Below are positions 63,722-64,000 of a DNA stretch of 64,000 nt, piece after piece. The notes under the pieces were generated by a model. The model was not told where the DNA came from, ran no database searches, and saw nothing but the letters and a program-made list of their open reading frames with translations. Where the stretch lies: the NCBI GenBank assembly GCA_013265495.1, contig MU058718.1:186001-250000 (forward strand). The letters are read 5' to 3'. Origin of the DNA: Vicugna vicugna. Taxonomy: Eukaryota. Position numbers and translations under genes: made by a program. Position 1 is the first letter of the stretch; every line of letters starts with the position of its first letter.

Positions 63722-64000
63722 TGTAGACTGTGAAAAATGGTTCCTAATGAATCATTCCACCCTGTGCCCACTTCCCTTTGAACATGACTTGATACCCCTC
63801 CCATAAGATTGAACCCCTTGAATCTGGGCTAGCCCTGTGACTTGCTTTGGCCAATAGAATGAGGTAGTACTGACATTCTTGGATTTCCAAATCCAGGTCA
63901 TAAGAGGTCTTCCACATGTGCTGAGAAGGAACTTAGCTGCCATGTACAGAAAGCCAAGCTAGGCTGCTGGAGAAAGAGGCCAAATGGAAAATCTGCTGGA
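63722..64000 (+). mobile_element. MLT1 LTR (runs off the window)
   Basis: ccccttgaatctgggct.gccctgtgacttgctttggccaatagaatg..agctgccatgt..gctag.ctgctgga. Confidence 0.9.

Noticed and set aside
1..64000. CRISPR arrays, operons, rRNA or other prokaryotic/phage systems
   Set aside because: The sequence is mammalian. No regularly spaced repeat-spacer array or dense coding region was seen.

Overview
This is mammalian genomic DNA, most likely camelid (alpaca/llama/camel). That call rests on about 10 copies of a tRNA-Ala(AGC)-derived SINE of the vic-1 type and on cetartiodactyl-type L1 ends. No intact protein-coding exon is recognisable. The only ORFs with real homology are L1 ORF2 remnants. The main functional element is a CpG-island promoter at about 20050-21080, with a palindromic CRE, a CCAAT box, GC boxes and minus-strand 5' splice donors. 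It most likely drives an unidentified minus-strand gene whose first intron covers 1 to about 20300. The rest (21100-64000) is repeat-rich upstream/intergenic DNA: L1, L2, MIR, MaLR/ERV LTRs, hAT and Tigger relics. The most notable observations are a ~340-bp bipartite L1 (5' end fused directly to the 3' UTR, inside a TSD), a helically phased triple CRE array in intron 1, a MER41-like solo LTR with a STAT-like site, terminal complementarity in the long SINE form, two SINEs at one target site, and poly(A)-only insertions. I see no convincing new protein-based system. Repeat subfamily names come from recall of consensus sequences, not from a search, and boundaries of old repeats are approximate.
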